This document shows, one piece after another, positions 12,431 through 25,221 of a stretch of DNA of 64,000 nucleotides. Under the pieces are notes generated by a model. The model saw only the letters and a list, made by a program, of their open reading frames with translations, was not told the DNA's origin and made no database searches. Position 1 is the first letter of the stretch, and the number at the start of each line of letters is the position of its first letter. Source of the stretch: Marsupella aquatica (lineage: Eukaryota > Plantae > Marchantiophyta); the NCBI GenBank assembly GCA_973895155.1, contig OZ316897.1, forward strand, positions 9,757,832-9,821,831, read 5' to 3'. The translations under genes were made by a program, and so were the position numbers.

Positions 12431-14415
12431 GTTAGGTTTGTGCGCTTCCCTCTCTCTCTCTCTGACTGCTCGAGTTTTGCAAATAAGGGTTCGGCTGCCA
12501 AAGTAAATTAGGAAACGCCATTTTTCCTGTCTGTCTGTTGATTTCCGACAGTCCCTATCAATTGTTCGATTGTTCACGTTGGTCCCTGTCTTGTTTGTTG
12601 GGTTCTAGCATTGCCTAAACAAATCCCCCTAGTTCCTGTACAGTTTTAGGCTGTTCATCCTATAGCCACTTTCAAGTCTATGCCTAGACTTGCTCAATCT
12701 TTCAAGTCCATGACTGTTTTTGTTATGCAGCAGAATGTAGCCTCTCAAAATAAATCATTCACACAACTCTGACCGAATTAGCAGTTCAAACTGCCACTCG
12801 TCTCCCTGGTTCAACCCAATGCACATCAATTGATCAAATCCTCTGCCAGTATGTAGAGCACAATCATATATTTGATGAGGCCCCATATTTTGAGAATTGT
12901 TGATGGCCAGGCAGCCCTTGGTTTGGGGTTTAGTAGGGAATGAAGATATAAGAGTCGGTTATTGAAGTTTGGTGATCGAGCCTAGTGTCTCAAGAAGAGC
13001 TTAAACTGTTGCGGGTATTTTATAGTATTCCAAACGGTTGGTTCGCTTTGTCATTGACCTCACGGTATACCTGTTTTGAAGTTTGGGCCAAGCGCGAGTA
13101 GAATTTTACCGCCACTTAGACTCTATCTACATATATGCGGAGGTTCTCAACCTCGTACACATAGGCACCTGCAGAGCACTAAGCTAACGAACAATACTGG
13201 ATGTGTAACTCAGGTCTCACTGATTCTCCCTGGCCAAGTATCATTCTCCGTTTCCATCTCTCCATTCCACATCCCATTTGGTGAAGTTCATGCAACAGAT
13301 GGCAATGCTTTCGACCTGTCCCTTAGACCCCAGTGTTAATATACAAGAGGTCTAAGCTGAGTGAGGCATTGAAGTAGAATCACCGGCTGTTAATCCTCAC
13401 AGAGAGGGACCTGCCCTTGACAGTACCATAGCCCAGACCTAGTGAAGACCCACTGAATGACGAACATCTGTGTATGTTGGATCTCTGTTGCGCTCTACTT
13501 TCTTTCACAGATTTTCTTGTCTCTGTCCTCTGTGTTCAGCTTGCGGGTGGGTTTGTCATGATTTGATTGGGTGATTGTTTTGAAGTCGTAGCCGTGGTCA
13601 AAAGCTGGTCTATAAAAAACGAATTCATGGAGCTCAGGTTGCTGCTGTATATAAAGCGCAGTAGGATCCAGAAGTGGAAAACTGTCCCAGCAAATTTATA
13701 TTTGTAGCTCTCACTACTTGAATATATAAATTTATAGCTCTCACTACTTGAATCCGAATTTCAAGTTAAAAATACATGAACTATTCGCTGCCTTAATTGC
13801 TATGTACCATTTGACATTATATATGATGAATGTACTTAAACAATTCACTCTCATTGTGTCAGACAGTTCTCTCCATCACGTCCTGTTAATAGCACATTGT
13901 TGCATTAGAAAGTTCATTGTACTTCTGACTTTCTTATGCGCAGCGAATGGAGCTTAAAACATGAGAAAGCTCACAAGGAGAAAGCTTGTTGAGAGTACAA
14001 TAACTTACGGTTCTATAACAAATGTGTCCAGCACCTTAAGATGTAGAAGGCTTGGGACCTTTGGGGAAGTGTGTGTCACCTTTAATGGTTTGCATGTTGA
14101 ACTTACAGGTCCGAATCTTGATTTGATTTCGTTGCTGAAGTTCGTATCTCTTGCCTGAGTCCCAGTTTGCTGGAGTTTTGTTGCTCTTTGTGCTTTTTTG
14201 TGCACATTGTTGTGTCAAATGCTTTGTTTGCCCTGATTGGTCTTAGCCTGCTGCGCACAAGGCAGGAATGAAACAAGTCTGTCCATTTTAAAACTTGAGA
14301 ACCAATGCTTTGTTGAAACTCAATTGCTATTTGTTCTGTGTTGCCCTTACAGATTTTTAAAAGGCGGGGTGAGTGAGCACTGCTGGACAGCAGGCGAAGG
14401 CATATAGGTTGCAAT

Positions 14416-14712
14416 CTCGGGGGTTTCACTTCCACAAAAATGGCATATCACGTGCGACGAAGGATAGGGTCATTTTATTGGTTCTAAGGGAAGACTTAAG
14501 AATTTTTGTAGAAGAACAATAGGGTCTTTTAAATTCAATTTTGAGACTTATAAGAACATTAGGGTCTTTTTAATCCATTTTTTAGAATATTCCAAGAATA
14601 TTCCAACTTTATAGGGGTTAAAAAATAAATTTTTTTTCTTACATTTTAGGGGGTTCGAGGCCTAAAAACGTCGCAGGCGATAGGGAGGTCCCCATATAGT
14701 GAGACCCCTGAG
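14416..14712 (+). mobile_element. 297-bp MITE of the CTCGGGGG-TIR (P-like) family, nested in the CACTA
   Basis: TIRs CTCGGGGGTTTCACT / AGTGAGACCCCTGAG; 8-bp TSD GTTGCAAT at 14408-14415 and 14713-14720; near-colinear with the ends of 42759-45521. Confidence 0.95.
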
Positions 14713-14923
14713 GTTGCAATATTTGTGATTGCTTCCGATCATAGGCCAAGGTTATTTGCGCTGCTCAGTCCTAGTGCTTTGCCATCCATAAAGCATTGGT
14801 TTATGCTGCACCCTTGTGGTTACATTCATATTTTATGCTGCACCCTCATTCTTTTGTGTCATGTTGAACCCTGTTATTCCTTCTTGTTTCACAATCTGAT
14901 GTAGGGTCTGAGTGTGCAGGACC

Positions 14924-15583
14924 ATGGCTCGCAATAAGCAGAAGGCCATGAATCGTTGCAGAGGTGAATCCTCTCAAGCACCTCAATTGTCCTTATATTC
15001 AGACATTGAGATTAACCAAAATAGCCCACATGTATGTGCGATTTGTGATGAGGGAGGGGATCTTATTGTTTGTGATGGGCCTTGCCACCGACATTTCCAT
15101 AAGAATGTTTCCTATCCTTTGGGTCAGCAATGGCTATGCCCAACTATATCCCTGGCTGATGGCCATGTTGGAGAATGGCTTTGTGTTGACTGCAAGAATG
15201 AGGAACATTCTTGCTTTAAGTGCCATGTGTCTGGAAAAATTGGTGAAGAGGTAAGAAAATGTCCAGACCCTCTCTGTGCCCGGTTTTACTGTCGGCAGTG
15301 TTTGGTTCCTGGCACAGCATCATGTGGACTCCATATTTGTCACACTTGTGGACAGGGGCCCAATGATGGGGCTAATGGCTTTTTGGTTCAGTGCATGAGG
15401 TGTCCTAAGGCATGGCACAAGGACTGCCTGCAGTTTATCCAGCAAAGGGGATTTGCCCATGATCGAACAATTTGGGATCACTCAGCGCATGGGCAGCCCA
15501 AGAAGGGAATGTTTTACTGTCCTGACCATGACATTGATCCTACACTAGGCACTCCTGCCAAGAGCCACATTTCTTGGATTTGA
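14924..15583 (+). CDS. Stand-alone EDM2-like composite PHD-finger protein (219 aa), intact, CACTA cargo
   Basis: VCAICDEGG..VCDGPCHRHFH..WLCVDC...HSCFKC...C....CARFYC...CGLHIC..C...VQCMRCPKAWHKDC...IWD...FYCPDHDIDPTLGTP.KSHI. This follows, block by block, the PHD cluster of plant EDM2 as recalled (VCAICDNGG..CEG.C.RSFH...HQCF.C...CPLH.C...CRRCPK.YH..C...AWD...IYC.EHEID..L.TP..H). Confidence 0.88.
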   Translation: MARNKQKAMNRCRGESSQAPQLSLYSDIEINQNSPHVCAICDEGGDLIVCDGPCHRHFHKNVSYPLGQQWLCPTISLADGHVGEWLCVDCKNEEHSCFKCHVSGKIGEEVRKCPDPLCARFYCRQCLVPGTASCGLHICHTCGQGPNDGANGFLVQCMRCPKAWHKDCLQFIQQRGFAHDRTIWDHSAHGQPKKGMFYCPDHDIDPTLGTPAKSHISWI

Positions 15584-16173
15584 TTGAGGCTGGATAGAAC
15601 ACAAACTTGAGATAGATGTTTTTGATGGTTTCACATGGACTTAAACAATTTTCAGAGTGCTAAAACATGTGGACTATTTATATGCAGTTTGATGAACTCC
15701 TCATGTATACACACTCTACGACAGTGCATTGCGGACGGAGGCAATTAATTTTGAGAAATCAACTTTACTATCTGGAACCAGGGTAGGATTCCGATTTTCA
15801 TGCATGTGCTTTGAATGTGAGACCTGTCACTATTGATGTCTAAACTTCACTTGTAAATTTTTCACTGGTGTCACAAACGTCACTCATTCCAGACCTGTCT
15901 GCTCACATTCATAAATACTGGAAATGATGAAGGCACAAAGATTTACGTTCATAGTATCATTCTGATGACACTGTCTGTGATGCTCTATTTGTATGCAAGA
16001 AGGAGAAGGTGCCCCACTATAGTGGATTTGAGAAACTGGGCTCTGTGGGTTTGAGCAATTGGACTGTGGTTGGCATCGGTTGTACAACTGTGACGGTAGG
16101 CCCAATTTTGTATGCATGTCACACTGATTGAGTTTGAAAATCAGAGTTTGAATACAATTTCAATCAAGCTAGC

Positions 16174-19100
16174 ATGGCACAATTGCCACATAATAGGTTA
16201 GGTGTGGGTAGAACTCCAAAGTTGCCGCTCTTCCATCCAACTAGAGTACAACATCGTGATGATGCTTTGTGGGTTCGAGAACAGAAGGCCTGCCACAAGA
16301 GTGGGGACCATAAGATGTACTGCCCTTGTGTGAACTGCAAAGGGAATTATAGGACTAATCGGAATACTGCTAGACTGCACCTTATTAAACATGGTCGGTA
16401 CCCTGCATGTCGAGTGTGGGTGAGAGAGGGACAGGACTCTTCTGATGAAGAGTGGGGTGCTGACTACATGTCACAACATGGCCCTGAGGCATTGAGGGTA
16501 GCAAACCTTCAGCAGGAAACCTGTGCACAACAGCCAACTGTAGATGTTGAAGAACATTTATTTGTAGATGTTCCAGAGTATCCAATTGTGGATGTTCCAC
16601 AGTATCCAACTGTGGATGTTCAAGAACATCCAACTATAGATGTCGAAGAACATATCAGGGCTCTACTGGAAGAAACTTTGTTGAGAACCAGTGTAGAATC
16701 CCCTGAGCATGAACTAGATGATCAGGACCGTTTTGACTTGGATTTTGTACTTGGGGATGATGAGAGTGAAGGAGGTGCCCATCCTATAAACCCCCTTGAA
16801 ACCTCTGAAACTCCTATGGAGACTGATCCTGCACAGTTATCTTTAGATGCAGCAATGCAACCTTTGTTCCCAAGCAGCAAAATAGATGTTGTGTCATTCA
16901 TGTTGCTTCTGCTGAACATCTGTCATAGCCATGGATTCTCAAACAAAGGAGTGAATGCATTGTTGGCTTTGATGGGGGAGCATGGTATGCCTACAGAGCA
17001 TAATCTGCCCAAGAACTTATATGCTGCAAAGCAGCTATTGAGAAAGCTTGGCTTGGATTATGAGAGAATCCCTATCTGTGAGAAAGGTTGCATGCTCTTT
17101 AGGGGTGAGTCTGCCAAGTTAGAAAACTGTTCAGTGTGTCAGCAGCCGAAGATGAAGAGAGTGGGGAATTCATTACAGGCAAGGAAGGTGGTGCGGTATT
17201 TCCCTATAATTCCCAGGTTGAAGAGATTGTATGCCACTGCTGGTACATCTAAACTCATGACTTGGCATCATGAGAATAGAAGCACAGACAACATGGTTCG
17301 GCACGCAGCAAATTCCAAGGCTTGGAAGCATGTGGATACAAATATTGATAAGAAATTTGCAGCTGAACCAAGGAATGTGCGATTTGGGTTGGCACTTGAT
17401 GGGGTGAATCCCTTTGGGAATAATTCCACAGCTTGGTCTACCTAGCCAATCTTGTTGTTGAATTACAATTTACCTCCTTGGCTTACCACCAAGAAGTTCT
17501 TTGTCATGCTAGCTATGCTGATTCCAGGACCTGATTCAGTAACAGAGGAACAGCTGGACATAATATTGGGCCCATTCTATGAGGAGCTGGAGCTGTTGTG
17601 GATGAAAGGAGTGCCCTGCTTTGACAAATTGCCACGCCCAGGATTGTCTCAACACTTCAACCTAAGGGCTGTGCTATTGTGGACAATCAATGATTACCCT
17701 GCATATGGTTTAATATCTGGACAACAACACGCTGGATACAAAGGATGTGTCATCTATGGGCCAAAATGTGTGGCACGTGGTTCTAAGCACTTGCAGAAAT
17801 TAGAGTACAGTGGCCACCGTCGATGGTTAGTAGCAAGGCATCTTTTTCGTAGACCAGACAGTGCACAATACTTTGATGGTGCAATTGAGAGCCGACCTGC
17901 ACCGTGTAGAATGTCAAGCTCTGATAGAAAGAAGTGGGGAGACGAGACAACAGAATATTTGAAGAAGGGAGGAACCAAGGTTGAGGATGAGAGTTGCCCC
18001 ATAAAGGTGCATGGAGTGAAGAGGGCTACTGGTCTGTACAAGTTGCCCTATTGGAACGTAAGACTCCATACTACTACAATGAATTTCTGCAATCTCTTCA
18101 TATGACTTTGAAATGTGTTTACTTCCTGTAGCCCAGATTTTGTAATTGTTGTATTCAATGCCCTAATTTCTGAATTGTGTGTCCACTGCAGGAATTACTC
18201 ATTAACCATTGTCTAGATCCCATGCACTGTGAGAAGAATCTTGCACACAACATTGTGCACACTATCATTGGGACCAAGGACACTCCTTCTGTGCGAGAAG
18301 ACCTGAAGCTCTTACAGGTGCGCCAACACCTATGGCTTGTACCCAATCCAGCTCCCAAGCGTAACGATGACAAATTGTTGATGCCCCCAGCCCCATATTG
18401 CCTGAGCAAGAAGGAAAGAACAAGGTTCTTGGAGGTGTTATTGACCTTGAAAGGGCCCACTGGTTTTTCAAGTTCTTTGGCAAAGTGTGTTACAAAATCC
18501 AAGAAACTCTCTGGGTTGAAATCACATGATTTCCACCAACTCATGCAACAGATTCTCCCTCTGGCAACAATGGGATTACTTGATGAAGGGGTTCGCTTGG
18601 CCATAGTTGGGATGAGCAATATCTATCGCCAGATATGTACGAAGGTGTGGGACCCTTCAATGTATGAGAATTTGATGATGGATGTTGCATTCACTCTCTG
18701 CATTGTGGAAATCCATTTTCCACCAAGCTTCTTTGATGTCATGACCCATTTAATGATTCACCTAGTGGAGGAATTAAACTTGTGTGGCCCAGTTACAGGC
18801 AGATGGATGTACCCAATAGAGAGGAACCTAAAGGTATTGAAGGGTTATGTACGAAACAAGGCACGTCCAGAGGCTTCTATGGCTGAAGGCTATGTATTAG
18901 ATGAGTCTTTGGGATTCCTTTCTGAATACATGTTTGATGCTAAGGGAGAGGGAAAACGAACCTGGGAGTTGGAGGAGGATGCTGGCGTTGCAGGCATTGT
19001 CTTGGAAGGGGCTGCAAAGGAGATAACTTTAAATTGGTCTGAAATGATGGCCATGCATCATTATATATTGGAGAATGAAGAGACAGTGGCTCCATGGTAC

Positions 19101-20074
19101 AGGTATGTAAACCCTGTACCATATGGATCATAATTATGCTGCCCCATTGTGTTTGTATATTCATGGTGGATCATGCACTAATGTCTTGAGTGTTGTTGTT
19201 GCCATGTAGGATATATGATGCTACCAATGAGACTGTTACCAAACGAAGAGTGGATTTCCGGAAGGAATGGATGAGGAAGCCTGCCAATCGAAGAAAACCA
19301 GTGGAATTTCCCCTTGACTGCCAAGAACTGCCACCTTTCAGGGAATGGTTTCAAACATTAGTCAATACCCATAATTTTGAGACAGAGTCTGAGCGGTCAT
19401 TACTATCTACATACTCCACACCACCTAGTTTGAAGGCACGACTGTATAGGGCATGCAGAGCCTATGGGCATCACTGGAGGACTATTCCATCCTTGGGGTG
19501 TTTGAGTGATTGTGATTCTGGTGCATTCAGCACTTTTGATTCTGGGATGGCTTCGACATTCACTGAGAAGCGGATGGACAGGTCTGGCGCAACTAGAGAA
19601 GAATCTGTATAGTATGTAGGGGCCTTGACAGATATCTTAGTACTGAATTACCGCAGCTTGAGGAAAGAGGTGATTCTTTTCAAAGGGAAATGGGCAGATC
19701 CATCATGGACTCCTAAATCCTCTGCCAGTATGAGGTATTCTGAGTCTGGTCTTTGGCAGGTGAATTTCCATAGAGAACTGGGTGTGTCCAAGAAAATGGA
19801 TTACGTTTTCCCAAAGCAAGTGGAGCAGGTTTTCTTCCACCCCAATGAGAAGGGGATAGCATGGAGAACAATCCTCCACAAAGAATCCAGGTCCACAAGG
19901 GTGTTAGGTGATTACACAGATGTTGATTTCCATGCTACAATGGAAAACAATGCCAAATTACACATTGAATTGGCTAAAGCCTGTAGGACTAGAGCAAATC
20001 CAGGACCAAGTACTGGTCCCAAACGAGGCAGAGATGCAGAGGGATCTGCAAGAAAGGGTAGGCCTAAGCAGTGA
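16174..20074 (+). pseudogene. tnpD: CACTA TnpD/TNP2-like transposase; exons 16174-18057, 18192-19102, 19210-20074; in-frame stops at 17443 and 19610
   Basis: YCPCVNC (transposase-associated domain); YFPIIPRLKRLY, EPRNVRFGLALDG.NPF, NLPPW, DYPAYG (Transposase_21); D.MHCEKN, GLKSHD.H, FFD.MTHL..HL, RWMYPIER (DUF4218-like); YVFP.QVEQVF (DUF4216-like); GT-AG introns. Confidence 0.95.
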
Positions 20075-20161
20075 ATAGGTTTTAGGTGTGTGAAGTCCAT
20101 AGATGGACTACATGTATGGACTATATATGAAATCAGACTAATGTTTTGCCCATTTGTGCAG

Positions 20162-23100
20162 TTGGTGAATGCAGCCTGTGAAAGGAAGATTGCAGGGGTT
20201 GTCACATCCTGTGAATGCTTATGAGGAGGCCCGAAAGCGGAACATAGAGCATAATGTCAGCATTATGCGTGATCTAGGACTGGGGCCAGACTGCATGCTG
20301 ATGTGTGTGTTAAAATGTCTGTTGCAAATTTGATTCAGTAGATATATGGAGTTGTCAGGTTCATGTTCTGTTTTCATATTCCATATTGGTCTCATACTAG
20401 TATGGAACCTGTACATAAGTACCATTATTACTGTGTTATAGATTCTGCTTGCATGTATGTTTGATCTGCATTGGTGTATGTTGATGATTGCTTTGTTCCT
20501 TAGAGGCCCAACCACACATGTACAACGACAGAGAGAAAAGCCTGCATTGGTGAAAGGTACTTCAACTGGAACATTGCCAAAGAGGAGGAGCTCTAGACTA
20601 TCACAAGTTACCAAGGTGAACATGGCAGAGTCTGGTGATGATGGCTATGCCAGTGCTGGGTATGACACTGAGGATTCTGATATTGGAGGGTCAGAACCTG
20701 AGAGTGAACAACAGGTAATGCTTGAACTTCATCATCCTAAACCCTAAATCCTTGTCCTTGTTTCAAAGTATTTGTTAATATGCCTACGTTGTCCATGATG
20801 TAGGTACAGAAACAAAATCGTGGTCCTAAGAAGACTGGGCCTGGTGGAGGTGGGCTGGTGAGATGTTGGAAAGACCCAGACATTGGACTGTTATATGAAA
20901 GTGAGTGGATTGTACTGATAAACCTTTTCAGTGTGTTTGGAAGTTGATATTCTACATTTTCCTAAAATTCACTGAAGTGCTTGGTGGTGTGTGTTTGTTT
21001 AGTGGTTCCATCAGCATCTGAAGGCAGATCAGGTCAATCTGACGTACTACATTCCAGAGGATCTTCAGGTAATACAAATCTGCTCGTCATGCATATGCAA
21101 GTGCATTTGCTCAACTTTTCAATGTACATATTTTCTGAGTGAAAGCATGTGTGTGCATTGCAGGCGGGGCCTCTGAGATGCGCAGGGAACAAAGGCATGC
21201 TAAGAAGATGTTTGATAATGCTGCCAAAGTACGAAGGAATCAGGGAGATTTGCCCAAACACATTAAAGTGAGTATTGTACTTTTTTTGAATGTAGATTTA
21301 GACATAGATCCTCTCTGTTATTGTGTGTATAAAACCTGGACTATGCATAAATTCCAGAGTTATGAATTGACATTGCATCTGAAATGCAGATTTATGACAA
21401 TGATATTGATGATTCTGATCCCAACAAACAGTACTGGCTGGAGGAACTTCGTGGCAATGTACTCAGAATCTTTGATGTATCAAAGCCAAAATGGACTGAT
21501 CATCCACGAGTTCATATAACCAGTGTGTGGAAGAACATGGCAACTGAGTGGGAGTATGTGGGTGGGGAATTTATTGACAATAAATTCCAGAGTCATTGTC
21601 GTGGCATATTGAAGAGAGAGCGCCATAAAATGCATGTTTACTGGAAGAAAGTTTGCAATGAGGATCCAACCAAACCTGGGCCATCTGGTGTTGATCCAAA
21701 GAAATGGGCAGCTTTGGTATCTCATTTCACCAGTCCAGCATTGATATCTTTGAGTAAACAAATGACTGATAAAAGAGCACGAGTGCAAGATACCAGTCAC
21801 TTTGGTAGAGGAGGGCATGCTGCAGCAGCAAAGAGAATGGTAAACTGTCTATATCATTTTCACTATCAATTCTGTCTTGTTTGTGAATCTTGATGAAAAC
21901 AGACTCTAAGTTTCTCATTCATTGTGTGTTTGAACAGAAGCAGAAGAGAGGATCAAGCCCAAGTATATCTGACCTGAAAGAAAACCTTGGTAGTCAGGGC
22001 TCATTGCCAAAGGTGACAATGAGCCCATCATTGGCAAGTGTAGAAGGTCAGACTGGTAGTTTTTTGGGAGCAAAGGTGAGCCCGTCATTGGCAAGTGGGG
22101 AGGGTAAAAGCGCTAGCTTACTGGGGCAAGGATACAGACATGGATCAGCTGTGAGTATTGCCATTCCAATCTGATTTGTACATCATTTTCCATTTGATAG
22201 AGTGTTGTGTCGTTTGTTAGTTTGACAATGAGAATGTTGTGTTGGTTTGTGGTTCATTTACAGACCCCACATTCAAAAGAAGAGATCACTGCCATTGGGG
22301 CTGTCAAATTGGATGTCGATGAGTTGAAAGGCACTGTGAAGGAGTTGACAAACATGATGACTATATGGATGGCACATCACTCCAGTAATGCACAAGTTCC
22401 AACATTTGTTCCTAGTCACAGTAAGTTGACTACAGCTACCAAAGAAGGTAGTAGAAAACGATCTCTTACTTTTTTAGGTGATAATGGAGGTAAAATTCTC
22501 TATCATCTATTCACTGTCCATTCAATGTAATTATTGTGGTGTATATATGTCATTGTATGTTTATAATGTTCTTGCATGTTCTAGTGTGATTATATGTTGC
22601 TGGTGAATACATGTTTGTTTATGCATTTCTCTTGTGTGTGTTTTATGACAGCATCTTTAGGGGAGCCTCCTGTGTCGCAGGGAAGACCAACTGACACAGC
22701 TAACAGTACTCTGAAGCAAACTGAATTGGAAGTGAACCTTTTGCCATCTAAGTTGCCCAAAGAAGCCATTTTAGATGCCTTTCAGTTACCAGAGGATAAG
22801 TCGACTCAGTTGACACTAGATGTAACCCCAGAATCATCTGAGTTGCCAAAAGAAACTCCTGTTCCAAGTGAGCATGATGACACTCCGTCAACTAGAAAGG
22901 GAAAGAAGAAAAGGAAGAAAGGATCTTCAGCAAATGCATCACCTACATAGAAGAAACCAATGCAGTCTCCTAACCCCATTGCAAAGGTAAATGTGTGTTT
23001 GATTTGAGTGTTCTTCTATCTTTCAATTTCTGTTTATTGCATTTTTAACAAAATGTGTTGTTCACAGTTTGCAAGAGGAGATTTGGTGAAGATGAAGAGC

Positions 23101-23327
23101 GTTGTGGACAATTCCATGATAGTGGCAAAAGGTGAGGTGACAGGGCTGCCAAGAGAAGATAAGTTTCATTGTGCAGATTTTGAAAGCCCTTTCTTGCGAG
23201 TGCATGTGATTGAAGTGTTTGTAGATTGGCATTGCCATTTGCCAATGCAGGGGAGAAACAATCTAAATTATCTGATGTGAAAGGGATGAATGCCCTATGG
23301 AACTCTAGATTGCTTAAGAAGCAATAG
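20162..23327 (+). pseudogene. CACTA second gene, TnpA / Ptta-En/Spm-like, multi-exon; exon boundaries approximate
   Basis: P.GVDPKKW..LV.HF, KRARVQ..SHFGRGGH motif (21391-21840) typical of Transposase_24-like proteins; C-terminal GDLVKM...IVAKGEV...LRVHV domain; many GT-AG introns; at least one stop and one frameshift. Confidence 0.72.
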
Positions 23328-23599
23328 AAATAGCACTGTGTCAAGAACACTAGACATGATAGAATCAACTCTATTTTTCTATAAAACATGCAGAGTGATT
23401 GGTATGTCAGGTTGTAACAATTGACAATCTAATATTATTGATGCCAATGTAATTTTGTTTCATAAATTTGCATTGAGTTCAATAGTTACTGTGAGACTTA
23501 TGAAGGTATCTTGTATGAATGTCAATTAGATTTGTGATATATATGGAATGTTTCTTTAAGTTTTCATTCAGCAAATCTATTGAATGGCTTTGTAATGTA

Positions 23600-24375
23600 T
23601 GATTTTTGAATGACATGAAGTTTTATTTATCATGATCACTTAAATTTGAATTTCTCCAAATCATTGAATATTTCACCTAAATGATTGGCTAGAATGACTG
23701 ATGTAATGGTCATTATCCACAATTATCTTTGTGACCAATATGACTCAACTCTGGTCATTAAAGACATAGACTAAATGATTCAAAGAATGACATATACAAT
23801 GACCGCTCTCATGGTCATTATAAACAAGTCCACTATGACTCACTTTATGTCATTCAAGACATGTCATTAATGACTAATGTGTATCTTTATGTGTCTCCTC
23901 CTAATTGAACCACGTATCTTAATATGACTTGTTTATATCATAGTCATTTTGGATACGTCCAAAATGACCCAAATGTATTGCCAAATGGTGAATCCTCTTT
24001 GAACCATGTGTCACTATTTGATTTGTTATATAATGTACGTCATTTTGGACAAGTCCAAAATGACCAATGTTATTTGTTTTTTGATTGCCACGTGTCGTTG
24101 TGTGATTGGGTACGGGGACCGTCAACGGTCAACGGCAATTGACCGTCGATGGTGATTTGAGTCGTCATTTTGGACCGTTCAGCATTTATGACCATATCAT
24201 AAAAACCGTCATTTAGGATAGTATGAAATGACCACATGTTTTTAGCGTCATTTGTCCAAAAGGACCGTGACCAAAATGTCCGTTGTGATGCGTCTGGAAA
24301 GACAAGAACGATTGCGTCATTGTTTTGTTAAAAAGACCTGATTAATAGTCATTGTTTCTGTCATAAAATACATTG
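23600..24375. repeat. Right subterminal AATGAC/GTCATT motif cluster of the CACTA
   Basis: Same motif as the left end, densely repeated in both orientations. Confidence 0.88.
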
Positions 24376-24391
24376 TTTTGTACTAGTGGAA

Positions 24392-24591
24392 GTGCATTTT
24401 CCTTGGCTATCAGGAAAGGTGTGAAGGGTTATAGGTTATGGGATCCAGTAACCTGTAAACTAATTGTTAGTAGAGATGTGTCCTTTAATGAATCCAGATC
24501 ATCAAAGGAGGGGGAGAGTTCTCAGGACTCCCATACTGACAAGGGGAAATCTCCCATCCCGGACCGGGTTGAGGGGGAGATTAGTCATGAT
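24392..24591 (+). pseudogene. Copia integrase C-terminal fragment between the CACTA and P-like insertions
   Basis: CIFLGY..GVKGYRLWDP...VSRDVSFNE motif. Confidence 0.92.
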
Positions 24592-25221
24592 CTCGGGGGG
24601 GGTCACTGTATGTAGGGCTCTACATCGCGTAGGGTCTGGACCCCCTAACTTTTAAGTGAAATTTTTTTCCCCACTCCCTTACTTTCTGAAAAGCGGCCAT
24701 TTTTTGAATTGTTTACCCCTATAAAACTTTATGGAAAGTTTTATGATGATTTAAAAAATGCCTATTAAGGAAAGTAAAGTACCTCAATAGTGTAGAGCCA
24801 ATTGTGCAAATTGATGCGCATTTCCAATCCATTCAATGAATTTGCATCATGAAGCTGAATATCTTGTAATGCATTCATTGTCATCCAACAACTTGTAGTT
24901 TTCACTCTTGAATAGTGAAGCATGGTGGGTGCCAGATACTATGAATAGGTAACCGAACATCTTAGGTTGCCTATTCAAGGCATCGGTACTCTACCTTGTT
25001 TCACTGTAAACTCCAGCATGATGATGTCCACATCTCTACCTTCCTTCACGGACTCATGCATGATGATGTCCACATGACGAAGGGGAATTGAACCCCTGAT
25101 TGAGCATAAATCTCAATTTGCCAATCCGCCATCCCCTACTCTACTCCCTCTCACTAACCCTACACATGCATCACATACACACACAACAAACTACTTTTAA
25201 TAAACAATAGTCAATTATATA

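Larger units (their letters stand above)
5791..24388 (+). mobile_element. CACTA (En/Spm) DNA transposon, 18.6 kb
   Basis: TIRs CACTAGAAGAAAACA / TGTTTTGTACTAGTG (13/15 match); 3-bp TSD GAA at 5788-5790 and 24389-24391; AATGAC/GTCATT subterminal repeats at both ends; TnpD-like and TnpA-like genes inside. Confidence 0.97.

Noticed and set aside
152-12506. Many short ORFs in repeats (e.g. 152-520, 2611-3027, 7283-7606, 12171-12506)
   Set aside because: Translations of tandem or low-complexity DNA with no recognisable motifs.
14924-15583. Host EDM2 or NSD gene
   Set aside because: Only the PHD cluster is present, it is intronless, and it lies inside TIR/TSD-bounded transposons; no other EDM2 domains or SET domain nearby.
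20736-20748. Telomere-like CCTAAACCCTAAA (also near 55698 and 62314)
   Set aside because: Only one or two units; chance or telo-box level, not an interstitial telomere array.
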